Source: Candidatus Bathyarchaeum sp. (GTDB taxonomy: Archaea; Thermoproteota; Bathyarchaeia; Bathyarchaeales; Bathyarchaeaceae). From it: a DNA stretch of 64,000 bases. The position numbers were made by a program, and so were the translations under genes. Shown here in pieces: positions 18,261 through 27,939 of this stretch (positions are counted from its first letter, which is position 1; every line of letters begins with the position of its first letter). Below the pieces are notes generated by a model, which made no database searches, was not told the origin of the DNA, and saw only the letters and a program-made list of their open reading frames with translations. Location of the stretch: assembly GCA_020344315.1 (NCBI GenBank), contig CP070820.1, forward strand, positions 109,605 through 173,604. The letters are read 5' to 3'.

Positions 18261-18731
18261 TTGAATACGGTCGGTCATGTATTTTTCGCTAATCTACTAC
18301 TGGTCTTTGGAGCTCCATCAGCCGTCTCCCCAACAACCCTAATTATAACAAGCATAGCATCAATAATCACAGACCTGGACCACATCTCCCACTTACGAGT
18401 AGCGATGAAGACACGAAGATTCAAATCAGAAACCAGAAGCCGCTGGCACGAATTACCTGGCCTGTTGCTGGCTATGTCAATCTCCCTCACAATCATGTTC
18501 TTCTCTGCTACTGTTGGTCGATTGTTCCTCATAGGCTTCGTGAGCCATTATACTCTCGACCTCTTAACACGACCCACAAGACCATTCTATCCCCTGAGTG
18601 AAAAAGTGGTATTTCTGGGGTTAGCGCCAAGAAACCTGAAAAAACTGACCGCCTATGATACCATAATAACAGTGATTATGGGGGTGATTCTGATTGCGGG
18701 TCTACATGGCCAAGGCCTTCTCAGCATTTAG
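18261..18731 (+). CDS. Membrane-bound metal-dependent hydrolase-like protein (DUF457/YdjM-like)
   Basis: Small 4-TM protein with His/Asp motifs (TDLDHISH, SHYTLDLLT) typical of DUF457. Confidence 0.5.
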   Translation: MNTVGHVFFANLLLVFGAPSAVSPTTLIITSIASIITDLDHISHLRVAMKTRRFKSETRSRWHELPGLLLAMSISLTIMFFSATVGRLFLIGFVSHYTLDLLTRPTRPFYPLSEKVVFLGLAPRNLKKLTAYDTIITVIMGVILIAGLHGQGLLSI

Positions 18732-18747
18732 GCTGGCTCTAAAACCA

Positions 18748-19191
18748 ATGCTAACACGATTCCCTCTCCTGAAACGTATAGACGCAAACATGATTTCAGG
18801 ACTAAGTTTAGTCTGCAGTCCAATAGCTTACCTGCTGATCTCCGAGAGAGCCATTCTCGCTTCCATAATTACTCTCTTTATCATCATGCTGCTGGACGCC
18901 CTAGACGGCATCGTAGCCCGAGCCAAGGGCGAAACTAATTCTGAAGATGGCTGGATGGTGGATGTTTCAGTTGACAGAATCAGCGAAGCAGTGATCGGCC
19001 TTGCCTTAAGCCGCATCTTCATCCTCTTCACAATCATCAACATGGGCCTAGCATTGCTCAGCTGCCGCTATAGAAAACACGCAATAATCCCCCTCAGACA
19101 TGCCACAATAGTAATACTCATAGCCTATTACCTGCTGCAATCACAATCAGCTATATTCTCACTCCTAGACCAGATTCTTTTCCAGTGGTAA
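18748..19191 (+). CDS. CDP-alcohol phosphatidyltransferase family protein
   Basis: Motif DALDGIVARAKGETNSEDGWMVDVSVDRISE fits D-G-x2-A-R...G-x3-D-x3-D. Start taken at ATG 18748 (MLTRF). The ORF-track start at 18694 would overlap the previous gene by 38 nt. Confidence 0.7.
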   Translation: MLTRFPLLKRIDANMISGLSLVCSPIAYLLISERAILASIITLFIIMLLDALDGIVARAKGETNSEDGWMVDVSVDRISEAVIGLALSRIFILFTIINMGLALLSCRYRKHAIIPLRHATIVILIAYYLLQSQSAIFSLLDQILFQW

Positions 19192-19231
19192 CATCAAAAG
19201 AAATGACGTAGCCTGATTACATTGAAGAACT

Positions 19232-19831
19232 TCAAGCTTCTCCAAAAACTAGCCGGTCGGTAACTAAACAAACGGCATGAAAGACATCGTCGGGGTCCAA
19301 GTCATCTGTGGCAAGAACTAGATTGAAGGGAGAAAGATCATGTCCCAAATCGAACCCATAGAGGCTCTTGTATATCTTCCTCGTTTTTTCATCTTTCTCT
19401 CTCAAAGCCTTTACAGCCTCTTCAATGCTGATTCCATCTCTCTTTACCACCCTCTTGGCTCTAACCTGCGGCGAAGCCTCCAACCAGATCTTAAAACCTT
19501 CATTGAACAGCCAAGGCATTGTCCAGCTATCAAGAACAACGTTCCCTTCTTCCGCCAGCTCCAACAACTTTTCATCGATCCTTTTGTCAAAAACTGGGTC
19601 GCCCATCCGCTGTTGAAGAAACTTAAGCCCTGGAGCAGTTTCCCACCATCCTCTTACGTCAGGATTGTACCCCTCTTCCTGAGCCAAGGCTTTCAAAGAG
19701 TTTCCCCCAGAAAAGTAACCAAGTCCATATTTAGCGGCTAATCTTTTAGCCACTGTGCTCTTTCCTGAGCCCGTCATTCCGCTAATACATAAAACAACTT
19801 TTTTCGTATATTCTCCCCCACGATTTTTCAC
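19232..19831 (-). CDS. cmk: Cytidylate kinase (archaeal type)
   Basis: P-loop ISGMTGSGKST, archaeal Cmk-like sequence, and the conserved position after L34e in the r-protein/secY cluster. Confidence 0.85.
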   Translation of the reverse strand: MKNRGGEYTKKVVLCISGMTGSGKSTVAKRLAAKYGLGYFSGGNSLKALAQEEGYNPDVRGWWETAPGLKFLQQRMGDPVFDKRIDEKLLELAEEGNVVLDSWTMPWLFNEGFKIWLEASPQVRAKRVVKRDGISIEEAVKALREKDEKTRKIYKSLYGFDLGHDLSPFNLVLATDDLDPDDVFHAVCLVTDRLVFGEA

Positions 19832-19854
19832 AGTCTGACAGCCGCCCTTTCAAT

Positions 19855-20124
19855 TCAAAGATTCCTTGTTGCCTGCCTAAGGAGGTCTCGGAGGCAACCG
19901 TGGCATAGATTACCACTATACATGCGTTCAACTCTTCTCTGATTTCCGGGGAGATTGCTTATATTAAATGGTTCTGGGCGCGGAAGCCCGGCTAGTACCT
20001 GACCACAGTTGGAACAGTGAGGAACACTGGTCTTCTCCTTTTCATATCGGATAACTGTTCGTCCTCCAGAAGATTTGATTTGGCGGCGTTTCTTGCTTCG
20101 AGTTCGTCCAGAAGGTTTCGGCAT
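19855..20124 (-). CDS. rpl34e: 50S ribosomal protein L34e
   Basis: RTRSKKRRQIKSSGGRTVIRYEK...CSNCG...CHGC zinc-ribbon pattern, plus conserved context. Confidence 0.9.
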   Translation of the reverse strand: MPKPSGRTRSKKRRQIKSSGGRTVIRYEKEKTSVPHCSNCGQVLAGLPRPEPFNISNLPGNQRRVERMYSGNLCHGCLRDLLRQATRNL

Positions 20125-20649
20125 CTAATCGGTTCCCCCCGTCAATCCGAAGATTCGAGAGAATAGGGTTCCGAACAGGAGTGAGCAAATGAGATACCAA
20201 TAGAATATGCTTAATGGTAAGACTCCCCCCAACCAGGGAAGGTAGGCAACAGGGTCTGGACCCATAAAGGGGCTATCAAACAATTTGAAGCCAAGAATGC
20301 TTCCCGTTAGAAAGAGCCAGACTATGAAGAAAACTGCCATTGTGATTGGAAACACTCTAAACTGTTTTGAGGATAAGGAAAGGGCTTGAGATTGAAGCTG
20401 AAGAATCTGTCTCTCTTGTTTCTGTGCCTTCTTGAGCAGTTTTTTGTCGCCTGTGCTCTTCGCCTTCTTCATATTTTCGCTTTTTTCCTTAGTTAAAGCA
20501 GAGATCTTACGTCTCAGGGCCTTGACTTTTTCACGGTGTTCCCTAGGCATGAAACGACTATTGATAAGTGATGAGGCTAAGGACATAGCGATTGAAACAA
20601 AGAGAACCACGATTGTAACAACTGGAGGTTGTGCCAAGATGGAACTCAA
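20125..20649 (-). CDS. DUF106/EMC3-like membrane protein (archaeal Oxa1/YidC-superfamily insertase candidate)
   Basis: TM1, then a Lys-rich coiled coil, then TM2 and TM3. Canonical position between secY and cmk. Confidence 0.75.
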   Translation of the reverse strand: MSSILAQPPVVTIVVLFVSIAMSLASSLINSRFMPREHREKVKALRRKISALTKEKSENMKKAKSTGDKKLLKKAQKQERQILQLQSQALSLSSKQFRVFPITMAVFFIVWLFLTGSILGFKLFDSPFMGPDPVAYLPWLGGVLPLSIFYWYLICSLLFGTLFSRIFGLTGGTD

Positions 20650-20711
20650 CTTTAGTTTCTCCTCCCAGATTGGTTAACTATATTCATTATTTCGATGACT
20701 CTACTCAATTT

Positions 20712-22145
20712 TTATCCTCCTAATACACGACCTAATGCTGGATACATCTCCGCAGCCTGCTCCTGTACAAGGATTTGATAATACTGATATAAGATACCTA
20801 CTGCAAGAAGTATACCTGTACCTGTTCCGAAAACCCCGAAAAACTCCGAGACGGCAGCAATCAATCCGATTATTGCTCCTCCAAGGATTGTAACTACTGG
20901 GATGTAACGTTTGAGAATTAATTCTATAGATCTTCCTGACCTTCGAAATCCTGGAATCTGCATTCCGGAGTCGACAAGCTGTTTTGCAACGGTGCTGGGT
21001 CCTAATCCTCCTACTTCAAGCCATGTAATCGAAAAGACCACGGCAAAAGCAACCATGATGCCTACGAAGGCTAAGGCCCGCACTGGATCGGCAATGACTT
21101 GTGCTATACTTCTGGGGGCAGTTACGTAATATGCGAGACCCCCTGTAGGGTTTCCTTCGCTCCCGAAAGTGCCTAAAAGACCGACCCAGAAGTTGCCCCT
21201 GCCCCAAGGTTGGTTCGATAGAAGTGTGGCAAAGACGTAGACGTTAGCGAAAAGGGCGGAGGCGAATATTACAGGTAGGTTTGAGACGTATAGGAGTTTG
21301 ATTGGGTATTTGCCTCGGAATCCTCTGTAATTGGCGTGGGAGATTGGAAGTTCAACTCTAACGCCTTCCATGTATATTACGATGACGAAGACGACGACTG
21401 TTGTTATTAAGCCTAACATTGTTGGAAGATTCGTAAGAGCGCCGCTAGAATCAAATCTGAAAAAGGCGTTTACCCAAGACTCTCCTCCAAGAATTGTCTG
21501 GCCGAGGGCAATGAAAGCTCCAAACTGTTTTCCATCCCCCCCAGGATATGGGCCAAAGCTGGACCACATAATGTTTTGCGCTACGCCAGCTAGGATGAAG
21601 AGGCTTATTCCGCTTCCCATTCCCCAACCTTTCTGAATCATTTCGTCCAAGAGCATCAGTACTATACCAGCGAGTAGAAGTTGAATAAAGATCATGATAG
21701 CTGAAGTTAAAGGTAGAATAAATTCTTGAGTATTATATACTCCGCCTATGAGGTAGGCAGCAGCTTGGACTCCAGTTAGACCTATGGAAAAGACCTTGTT
21801 GGCTGCTGTGAAGAGGGCTCGATCCTCTGAATTGCCCAAATCAGCACGTATAATGCTGGAGCCTATAAGCAACTGCAGAATGAGACCACCCGTTACTATG
21901 GGACCTATTCCAAGCTCCGTGAGACTTCCTCTGTTAGAAGCGAAGATGACTCTGAGGTAGCTGAATTGATCCACTCCCTCCGTTCCCAAACCGTAAAGAG
22001 GAATCTCACTCATGACCAGATACAGTATCAGTGCTAGGGCTGTCCAGAAGAGCTTCTCGTTGAAGCTCACTTTTCGAGTTGGTGCGCTTACTTCGGGTAG
22101 GAACCTTGAAAGAGGCCCGAACAATGAAAGGAATCTGCCAGCCAT
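20712..22145 (-). CDS. secY: Preprotein translocase subunit SecY
   Basis: 10-TM protein with typical SecY sequence (LYGLG..., GIGPIVTGGLILQLL, ...PGFRRSGRS...). Follows L15. Confidence 0.95.
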   Translation of the reverse strand: MAGRFLSLFGPLSRFLPEVSAPTRKVSFNEKLFWTALALILYLVMSEIPLYGLGTEGVDQFSYLRVIFASNRGSLTELGIGPIVTGGLILQLLIGSSIIRADLGNSEDRALFTAANKVFSIGLTGVQAAAYLIGGVYNTQEFILPLTSAIMIFIQLLLAGIVLMLLDEMIQKGWGMGSGISLFILAGVAQNIMWSSFGPYPGGDGKQFGAFIALGQTILGGESWVNAFFRFDSSGALTNLPTMLGLITTVVVFVIVIYMEGVRVELPISHANYRGFRGKYPIKLLYVSNLPVIFASALFANVYVFATLLSNQPWGRGNFWVGLLGTFGSEGNPTGGLAYYVTAPRSIAQVIADPVRALAFVGIMVAFAVVFSITWLEVGGLGPSTVAKQLVDSGMQIPGFRRSGRSIELILKRYIPVVTILGGAIIGLIAAVSEFFGVFGTGTGILLAVGILYQYYQILVQEQAAEMYPALGRVLGG

Positions 22146-22275
22146 GATCTCATTCGCCTTTCGTCAATATTTTGTTACGGCATGTTGCTTAGCCAATTTG
22201 CGTATGTGAAACATGAATATAAACACTTTGACTTCTTGCTATTTTCATCAGCTAAGCTCAGAGAAAAATCAGCGT

Positions 22276-22719
22276 TTACTCTTTTTCTTTGAGGATTTGT
22301 CCTCCTGCCTCTTCCAATTTCCTAGAGGCAGCTTCTGAATAGGATGCAACCTTAACAAGCATAGGCTTGCTTATTTCTCCTGTTCCCAAGAGCTTGTCGT
22401 AACCAAGGCTTTCCAAGTCCAAAAAGATTTTCTTTTCTCTTTTTTCCAGATTTTTCTCGGATTCCAGTTTGTCAGCTAGGTCATCCAATTTTCCCACATT
22501 GATAACATTAACCTTTCTGCCTAGGGCTTTGGTGGACACGAAGCCTTTCTTTTCCCAATATGTGGGGTCATGTTTTAGCACGTACGTCCATTTGTGTTTG
22601 TCGTATCCTGCTTTTCCATGCCCTCCCCGTCCTCCTCCACTTCTATGTTGTCCTACTTGACCCCATCCGTGGGTTCTGGAACCCCGCTTCTTCCTGACTT
22701 TTCTGTCTTTAGTTGGCAA
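22276..22719 (-). CDS. rpl15: 50S ribosomal protein L15 (uL15)
   Basis: KKRGSRTHGWGQVGQHRSGGGRGGHGKAG N-terminal signature. Confidence 0.95.
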   Translation of the reverse strand: MPTKDRKVRKKRGSRTHGWGQVGQHRSGGGRGGHGKAGYDKHKWTYVLKHDPTYWEKKGFVSTKALGRKVNVINVGKLDDLADKLESEKNLEKREKKIFLDLESLGYDKLLGTGEISKPMLVKVASYSEAASRKLEEAGGQILKEKE

Positions 22720-22729
22720 ACGTCAAACC

Positions 22730-23263
22730 TCACTTTTTCACAGATATTTTATCCTCTTTAGCTGAATGTTCAATTTTTTTCAGCTTTACTTCCAATACTC
22801 CGTTCTTGTACGACGCATGCGCCGACTTTGGATCCACTTTAGCTGGAAGTCTCAATTCCTTATGGCATTCCAAGTTATGGGTATCAACCGAAATCGTTAA
22901 GCGATTCTCAGTTGTGCGAAGGTCAATGGCATCTCTCTTAACTCCCGGGAGGCTCGCTAAAACAACTAAGGTCTCAGCATCCTCGATTAAATCGATTAGA
23001 GGCTCCGGCTCCTCGCTGATCTCGGTTTTCTTCTGTCGGGGTTTACGGGTATTTAACTCTTGAATCCTCGGTTTTCCGTCAGGACCAATTTTAATGGAGA
23101 AACCTCGGACGCGAGTGCGGTGGACTGGGGTCTTCTCTGAGGAGGTTTCAAATGCTTTCTGCATAGTTTCATCTATCAGGTCCCCGAGCCTTTCAAGTTC
23201 TTCATAGATATCATTGAACCAAGGACCTTTCTTCTTTCTTCTTCTCCACCACGGTTCGCTCAA
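22730..23263 (-). CDS. Small heat-shock protein (Hsp20/alpha-crystallin family) inserted between rpl30 and rpl15
   Basis: C-terminal alpha-crystallin-like block PLIDLIEDAETLVVLASLPGVKRDAIDLRTTENRLTISVD...LRLPAKVDPKSAHASYKNGVLEVKLKK. N-terminal GFSIKIGPDGKPRIQE block as seen in an archaeal sHsp subfamily. TTG start with GGAAGGAG 6 nt upstream. Confidence 0.75.
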   Translation of the reverse strand: MSEPWWRRRKKKGPWFNDIYEELERLGDLIDETMQKAFETSSEKTPVHRTRVRGFSIKIGPDGKPRIQELNTRKPRQKKTEISEEPEPLIDLIEDAETLVVLASLPGVKRDAIDLRTTENRLTISVDTHNLECHKELRLPAKVDPKSAHASYKNGVLEVKLKKIEHSAKEDKISVKK

Positions 23264-23301
23264 GGCAACTCCTTCCTCAACTGAGATTGTGCTGACATGA
23301 T

Positions 23302-23311
23302 AAGTATAAAG
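23302..23311 (-). promoter_or_regulatory. TATA-like box (CTTTATACTT on the minus strand) upstream of the hsp20 gene
   Basis: Lies about 40-48 nt upstream of the TTG start, inside the 65-nt gap after rpl30. Suggests an internal, independently regulated promoter. Confidence 0.35.
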
Positions 23312-23328
23312 ATTATCGCTGACTTCGG

Positions 23329-23808
23329 CTACACCATTCGTTTCAGGAGATCATTAATTGCGTCTCCCCTATACCCAAGCTCTCCACCAGCGGCATAACT
23401 TCGTTTTACCTTTCCTTTGAAGCCCTTTTTCGGTGGACGAAGACGAAACACAGGTTTCACTTTGGAAAGACTACTGCACTCAACCTCCACCTTAAACATG
23501 GCTTCAGCTAAGTCGTCCAACGATTTGTAGCCCAACTCTTTAGCGTACTCATCCGTCAATTTTTTGTCACCGGTGAGTTTTCCCCTCTTCTTCAAAAGGA
23601 GCGCTATATTTTCTTGGGAGACCTCACCCCAAGTCAGGTAATCCTTACTTTTTCGCAACATGCCTTTGTATGCAGGGCGGTCGTCAATCAATGTGGCGTG
23701 GCAGTTTCGGGTTAGCCGAAGCATATTTAATGTGTCTTTGATTTCCTGAGAAATGTCACTCATACCGCGAATCCGAATCGCCACCAAACACTTCCTTTTT
23801 TCCTCCAC
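23329..23808 (-). CDS. rpl30: 50S ribosomal protein L30 (uL30)
   Basis: LVAIRIRGMSDISQEIKDTLNMLRLTRNCHATL pattern. Operon order S5-L30-L15. Confidence 0.95.
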   Translation of the reverse strand: MEEKRKCLVAIRIRGMSDISQEIKDTLNMLRLTRNCHATLIDDRPAYKGMLRKSKDYLTWGEVSQENIALLLKKRGKLTGDKKLTDEYAKELGYKSLDDLAEAMFKVEVECSSLSKVKPVFRLRPPKKGFKGKVKRSYAAGGELGYRGDAINDLLKRMV

Positions 23809-23809
23809 T

Positions 23810-24442
23810 TTAACTCACCCAGTCCTTCGGTGTGACCAACTGGTAGGTTTTCTTAAGAGCATCAAAGACGGCACAGGCGAAAGAGGGAACAGTTCTCGTG
23901 GAGCCATAGCTTCTCGTCCAGCAATCTTTTACACCAGCCAATCCTAGGATGATCTTGGCTGCCTCGCTTGCAACAAGACCTAGACCTCTAGGTCCCGGAA
24001 TCAGAACAATTTCAACTCCTCCGCAGCTGCCTCGAACTTGGAAGGGCAGAGAGTGGGGTTTTCCGCATCCGCATTCCCAGCATCCGCAGCCTCGACGGAC
24101 AGGAGTGATATTGAGGCGTGCGTCCACAGCAGCTTTCTCTATGGCGGAGCGCACTTGCCTTGCCTTTCCTGAACCCAAACCTACGTAGCCGTCGCGGTTT
24201 CCCACAACTACGATAGCCCTGAACTGAGATTTCTCTCCAGCGTCCGTTTGCTTCTGCACTAAACCTATGTTTATAACCTCTTCTTGGAGGCCTGGAAGAA
24301 GGACATCCACTATCTCGGGCTCCCTTATCCTTAAGCCTTCCATAAACAACTCTTCTATGGAGGAGATTTGCCCCTCAAGAATCATTCTTCCCAGCTTTGT
24401 ACGAGGCATCCAACTTTCAAGCTTGTCTTTGCTGTCCCTCAT
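23810..24442 (-). CDS. rps5: 30S ribosomal protein S5 (uS5)
   Basis: [27 protein letters not shown] and GPRGLGLVA motifs. Confidence 0.95.
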   Translation of the reverse strand: MRDSKDKLESWMPRTKLGRMILEGQISSIEELFMEGLRIREPEIVDVLLPGLQEEVINIGLVQKQTDAGEKSQFRAIVVVGNRDGYVGLGSGKARQVRSAIEKAAVDARLNITPVRRGCGCWECGCGKPHSLPFQVRGSCGGVEIVLIPGPRGLGLVASEAAKIILGLAGVKDCWTRSYGSTRTVPSFACAVFDALKKTYQLVTPKDWVS

Positions 24443-25074
24443 GTTTCTTCCTTCTCTTGCTTAACCTTTTTCTTAAATGAAGACATAATTTTGCCTTTTA
24501 TTGCAGAAAAGTGTTCAGATAGCTCTTCTGGTCGTAATTTCCTTGAAAGATACTTGGAAAACTTCTGCTGATAGACCTCGGCGTCTGGAGACAACTGAAT
24601 CCCGTATTCTGCGATGTGTTTTCCGCTTATTCTACTTTCATCAGGAAGTATATCTTCACTATGGGGAACTTCGACACCAGCATCGAGAACCCCCTTTAGG
24701 GCAGCAAAAATTCGCGATCCCTTGGAAGGAATATGCAGACCAATGTCCAAGAAAACTTTTTCCACCCCCTTGGCCATTGCCTTGAAACCGCACAGAATGC
24801 CAGTAAGATAAGCGGCTGGAACATTCCCACCGCTGCTCAGCCAACCGTAAGTCTTCGCCAATTCACGGGAGTGGGCTGAAACAAGAACCTTGTCCCCTAC
24901 GGCTTCTGCTTCGACTATTTGCAGGGTTGTGTGATTTAGAGTGAGTCGAACTACTAGGCGAGGCGACTTTGACAGAACAAGAGCCCTACGGGATCGATAA
25001 TTTGTTTTTCCTTCTCTCCGTCTGCGGAAAGGAACTCGGTAGCTTGGGCCAGTTGCCATCATCGTCTCCTCCAT
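24439..25074 (-). CDS. rpl18: 50S ribosomal protein L18 (uL18)
   Basis: [26 protein letters not shown]-terminus. The start may be 12-15 nt downstream of the ORF-track start. Confidence 0.95.
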   Translation of the reverse strand: MEETMMATGPSYRVPFRRRREGKTNYRSRRALVLSKSPRLVVRLTLNHTTLQIVEAEAVGDKVLVSAHSRELAKTYGWLSSGGNVPAAYLTGILCGFKAMAKGVEKVFLDIGLHIPSKGSRIFAALKGVLDAGVEVPHSEDILPDESRISGKHIAEYGIQLSPDAEVYQQKFSKYLSRKLRPEELSEHFSAIKGKIMSSFKKKVKQEKEET

Positions 25075-25511
25075 AAGCCATGGGTTTTAATGTAGCGTTC
25101 TAGATCAGCCTTCGACTCGAAGACACCGCTTTCCGACATGTCATACAGTTTACGGTAAACACTTTCTGTGATAGCGCGGCTGTCTTTTAATTCGCGCATT
25201 CTCTTTCTTAAGGGTCTGATCCTGTTCATCCAAGCCTGCTTCTTAGAGATTTTTGCCCGAGCTGAACCGCTCTTTCCTCCAGGTCCTCTTCTCAATCCTT
25301 TCTTCCTCTTTTCCTTCAAAACTCGGGCTCGAGCACGACTGACTCCTTTCTCAGGAAGAGATTTGACTACGCCTTCGTGAATCAACTTTCTGATCTCTTC
25401 TCGGGTAATGGCTGCTTCAACGTAATCTATTCTTTCCGGGTCGATCCAAACTCGGCCTTCACCGACCTTCATGATCTCGGCAGCTAATCGGCGCTGGCTT
25501 TTCAGACTCAA
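25059..25511 (-). CDS. rpl19e: 50S ribosomal protein L19e
   Basis: [24 protein letters not shown]-terminus and operon order. Confidence 0.95.
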   Translation of the reverse strand: MSLKSQRRLAAEIMKVGEGRVWIDPERIDYVEAAITREEIRKLIHEGVVKSLPEKGVSRARARVLKEKRKKGLRRGPGGKSGSARAKISKKQAWMNRIRPLRKRMRELKDSRAITESVYRKLYDMSESGVFESKADLERYIKTHGLWRRR

Positions 25512-25990
25512 CTTTCCGTCTCTCCATCTGACAGGTTCTCTGTCTCTTCAGTCTCCTCTTCCTCTCCTTCCTTGAACTCCTCAGGCTCCCCGAACGTTCT
25601 TGGATTTAAAACATGGATTCCTCTTTCCTCAGCTAAGGCTAAAATCTCAACTCTTTTTCTACCCCCGACCGTACGAGCTATTCTTATAGCCTGGAATTCA
25701 GGGTCTACTCCATCCAGATCCTCCACGGCTTGAACCCGAGTCTCTACGAATCCTGACGGATGGAGCCCTCTTGTTTTCTTGGGGCTTCGGTAACCCGTGG
25801 TGGGAGAGGGGGGCCATCCCTTAATCTTTTTCCGCATTTTGCTGTCTATTCCATGCGGTTTTCTCCAGACATCCGGAACTCGTTTGTATCGCCAGCTTTC
25901 TTGGCGCTTGAATTTGGGTTTCTTGTGCCTACTGTGATCTTTTTTGGAGAACTGTTCTTCTGCGCTTGTCTCCGGTTCTTTCTTTGTCAT
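25508..25990 (-). CDS. rpl32e: 50S ribosomal protein L32e (with acidic C-terminal tail)
   Basis: KPKFKRQESWRYKRVPDVWRKPHGIDSKMR core. C-terminal [24 protein letters not shown]. Confidence 0.9.
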   Translation of the reverse strand: MTKKEPETSAEEQFSKKDHSRHKKPKFKRQESWRYKRVPDVWRKPHGIDSKMRKKIKGWPPSPTTGYRSPKKTRGLHPSGFVETRVQAVEDLDGVDPEFQAIRIARTVGGRKRVEILALAEERGIHVLNPRTFGEPEEFKEGEEEETEETENLSDGETES

Positions 25991-26535
25991 TCTTGGATTC
26001 CCTCATGCTTCTCGTAAACGTAGATGCCGTCTAGGAACACTCGCGGATCTTTTCTTCTAATTCTGGTTGCGTTTTGGATATTTGCAGCAGTTTGGCTGAC
26101 ATCTTCAAGGTTGATTCCCTGAACGATAACATCGTCTCCCTTGACTATCACCTTGGTGTCTCCCATTATCTTGGCTGTGCGTGGATTTCGTTCTCCAGTG
26201 AAGTTCTCGATGGTCAATGTTTTTTCCTTGATTTTGACGGTTATTGGGAAGTGGGAGAAAACGATTTTCAATTTATATGTGAATCCATTCGTTACTCCCT
26301 TTATCATATTCTGAATGTGCGAACAGACAGTTCCCACAAGGGCAGCTTCCTTTTTGCGGGGCCAGCTCGCCTGAACTGTTACTGTCTTCCCTTCAAGTTG
26401 AATCTTTATGGGCGCATGAGAAAAGTCTCTGGTCAACTCTCCTTTTTCACCCTTTATCGTGATGATTCTATCATCAAGCATACCCTCTACACCCTCAGGG
26501 ATTTCAACAGTTGTCAAGGTTTCAATTGCACGCAT
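25987..26535 (-). CDS. rpl6: 50S ribosomal protein L6 (uL6)
   Basis: Typical uL6 two-domain sequence (VEIPEGVEG...ITIKGEKGELTRDF...) and operon order. Confidence 0.95.
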   Translation of the reverse strand: MRAIETLTTVEIPEGVEGMLDDRIITIKGEKGELTRDFSHAPIKIQLEGKTVTVQASWPRKKEAALVGTVCSHIQNMIKGVTNGFTYKLKIVFSHFPITVKIKEKTLTIENFTGERNPRTAKIMGDTKVIVKGDDVIVQGINLEDVSQTAANIQNATRIRRKDPRVFLDGIYVYEKHEGIQE

Positions 26536-26547
26536 CTTCCTTTTCTC

Positions 26548-26934
26548 CTAATAGACAAAGGCCAAAAGACGCCCACCGATCTTCTTCTCTTTAACCTCTC
26601 GATGGGACATGACTCCTTGGGACGTAGAAAAGACAAGGACCCCAATGTCTCTGGATGGGAGAAACTGTTTTTCCCAGTTTTCTATTTCTTTAGAACTGAC
26701 AGGGATTCGGGGCTTTATGGCGCCACATTTGTTGACTCGACCGAGGAGCTGTACTCTGAATTTTCCGGAGCGGCCATCATCAATGAATTCGAATTCTCCG
26801 ATGTAACCGTTCAGCTGCATGACTCTCAAGACACGCCCTAAAAGTTTGGAAGCTTTGTTGATTACGCATTCGCGTTTTCGCCGCATCTCATTGTTAATGA
26901 TTGTTGTCAAGCCGTTTGCGAGCGTGTCCATCAT
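26548..26934 (-). CDS. rps8: 30S ribosomal protein S8 (uS8)
   Basis: [16 protein letters not shown]...[19 protein letters not shown]...GGRLLAFVY. Start set at MMDTL by comparison with archaeal S8 N-termini. The ORF-track start at 26991 would overlap the S14 gene. Confidence 0.9.
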   Translation of the reverse strand: MMDTLANGLTTIINNEMRRKRECVINKASKLLGRVLRVMQLNGYIGEFEFIDDGRSGKFRVQLLGRVNKCGAIKPRIPVSSKEIENWEKQFLPSRDIGVLVFSTSQGVMSHREVKEKKIGGRLLAFVY

Positions 26935-26956
26935 AGGCAAATCTGTAACATCTCCT

Positions 26957-27121
26957 TTACTCATACTTCCTGAAGCCAAGATCTTCAGCAATCTCTCTAA
27001 AGCATTGACGGCACAAGTCTAATCCGTACCTTCGGATAAGGGAACCGTAGGAGCCGCATCGCCTGCAGGGTCGACTGCCCTTACCGAACTTTCGCTCTGA
27101 CTTAGATTGCTGTTTCACCAT
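26957..27121 (-). CDS. rps14: 30S ribosomal protein S14 (uS14, zinc type, 54 aa), missing from the ORF track
   Basis: Hand translation [54 protein letters not shown], with CxxC...CxxC and the expected slot between L5 and S8. Confidence 0.9.
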   Translation of the reverse strand: MVKQQSKSERKFGKGSRPCRRCGSYGSLIRRYGLDLCRQCFREIAEDLGFRKYE

Positions 27122-27134
27122 GGATTCACCATTT

Positions 27135-27938
27135 TCATATTATTTCAACATCAAACTCGTCTTTAATAAAGAGTATCGCTTCGTCGGTGGTCAGCAGATG
27201 GGCTTTCCCGATTTTAGACTTGGTGCGATGTCTACGTTTAACGCGATATCCCGGTCTGCCGAGGGCAACTGAGACATCCATGCCGTGAATGCCGAGTTCA
27301 GGCACGTATTTGGTGCCGGGAATATCTATGTGTTCCTTGATTCCAAAGGAAAAGTTGCCTTGGCGATCGAAACTATACTTCGAAAGCTTATTGTCGACGG
27401 CTTGGAAAGCCTTTCTGAGGAATTCCTCTGCTTTTTCATTTCGAAGAGTCACAAGGCATGCCATGGATTCTCCTTTTCTGATGCCGAAGTCACGTATTGT
27501 TTTTTTGGCTTTTCTCTTGGAGGGCTGTTGATTCGTCAGTTGCTGGAGAACCGTCACCGCCTGTTCCAAGGGTTGTCCGGACTTTCCAACAGACATGTTG
27601 ACAGTCACCTTTTCTATTTTAGGCTTAAGCATGGGGTTTTTAGCCAATTCTCCGCGTGATGGTTTAGCTACTTTAGGCTCCACTTTCTCCTCGGCTACCG
27701 GCTTTCTCTCTACAGGTGGAACCTTTGGTTTGACTAATTTCTTTTTGGGCATCTTTTTTTTAGCAGGAGTAACCTTGGGTTCAGGTGCCTTCTCTTCTGG
27801 TACCACTTTTTCTTCAACAGCAGAAACCGCAGGTTTAGCCGCTTTCTGTTCTTTAGCTGAAGGAGACTTTGCTTTGGCAACTTTCTTTTTTGTTACCACC
27901 TTTTTCTCCACAGCAGTAGCTGCTTTTTCTTCTGCCAA
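27135..27938 (-). CDS. rpl5: 50S ribosomal protein L5 (uL5) with a ~90-aa Lys/Ala/Pro/Glu-rich N-terminal extension
   Basis: Conserved core starts near [21 protein letters not shown]. The ATG at 27938 abuts the S4e stop. An in-frame GTG about 85 codons downstream would give a canonical-length protein, so the extension is likely but not proven. Confidence 0.9.
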   Translation of the reverse strand: MAEEKAATAVEKKVVTKKKVAKAKSPSAKEQKAAKPAVSAVEEKVVPEEKAPEPKVTPAKKKMPKKKLVKPKVPPVERKPVAEEKVEPKVAKPSRGELAKNPMLKPKIEKVTVNMSVGKSGQPLEQAVTVLQQLTNQQPSKRKAKKTIRDFGIRKGESMACLVTLRNEKAEEFLRKAFQAVDNKLSKYSFDRQGNFSFGIKEHIDIPGTKYVPELGIHGMDVSVALGRPGYRVKRRHRTKSKIGKAHLLTTDEAILFIKDEFDVEII

Positions 27939-27939
27939 T

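Noticed and set aside
26074-26841. 255-aa plus-strand ORF overlapping rpl6 and rps8.
   Set aside because: It is antisense to two unambiguous ribosomal protein genes, and its sequence has no recognisable features.
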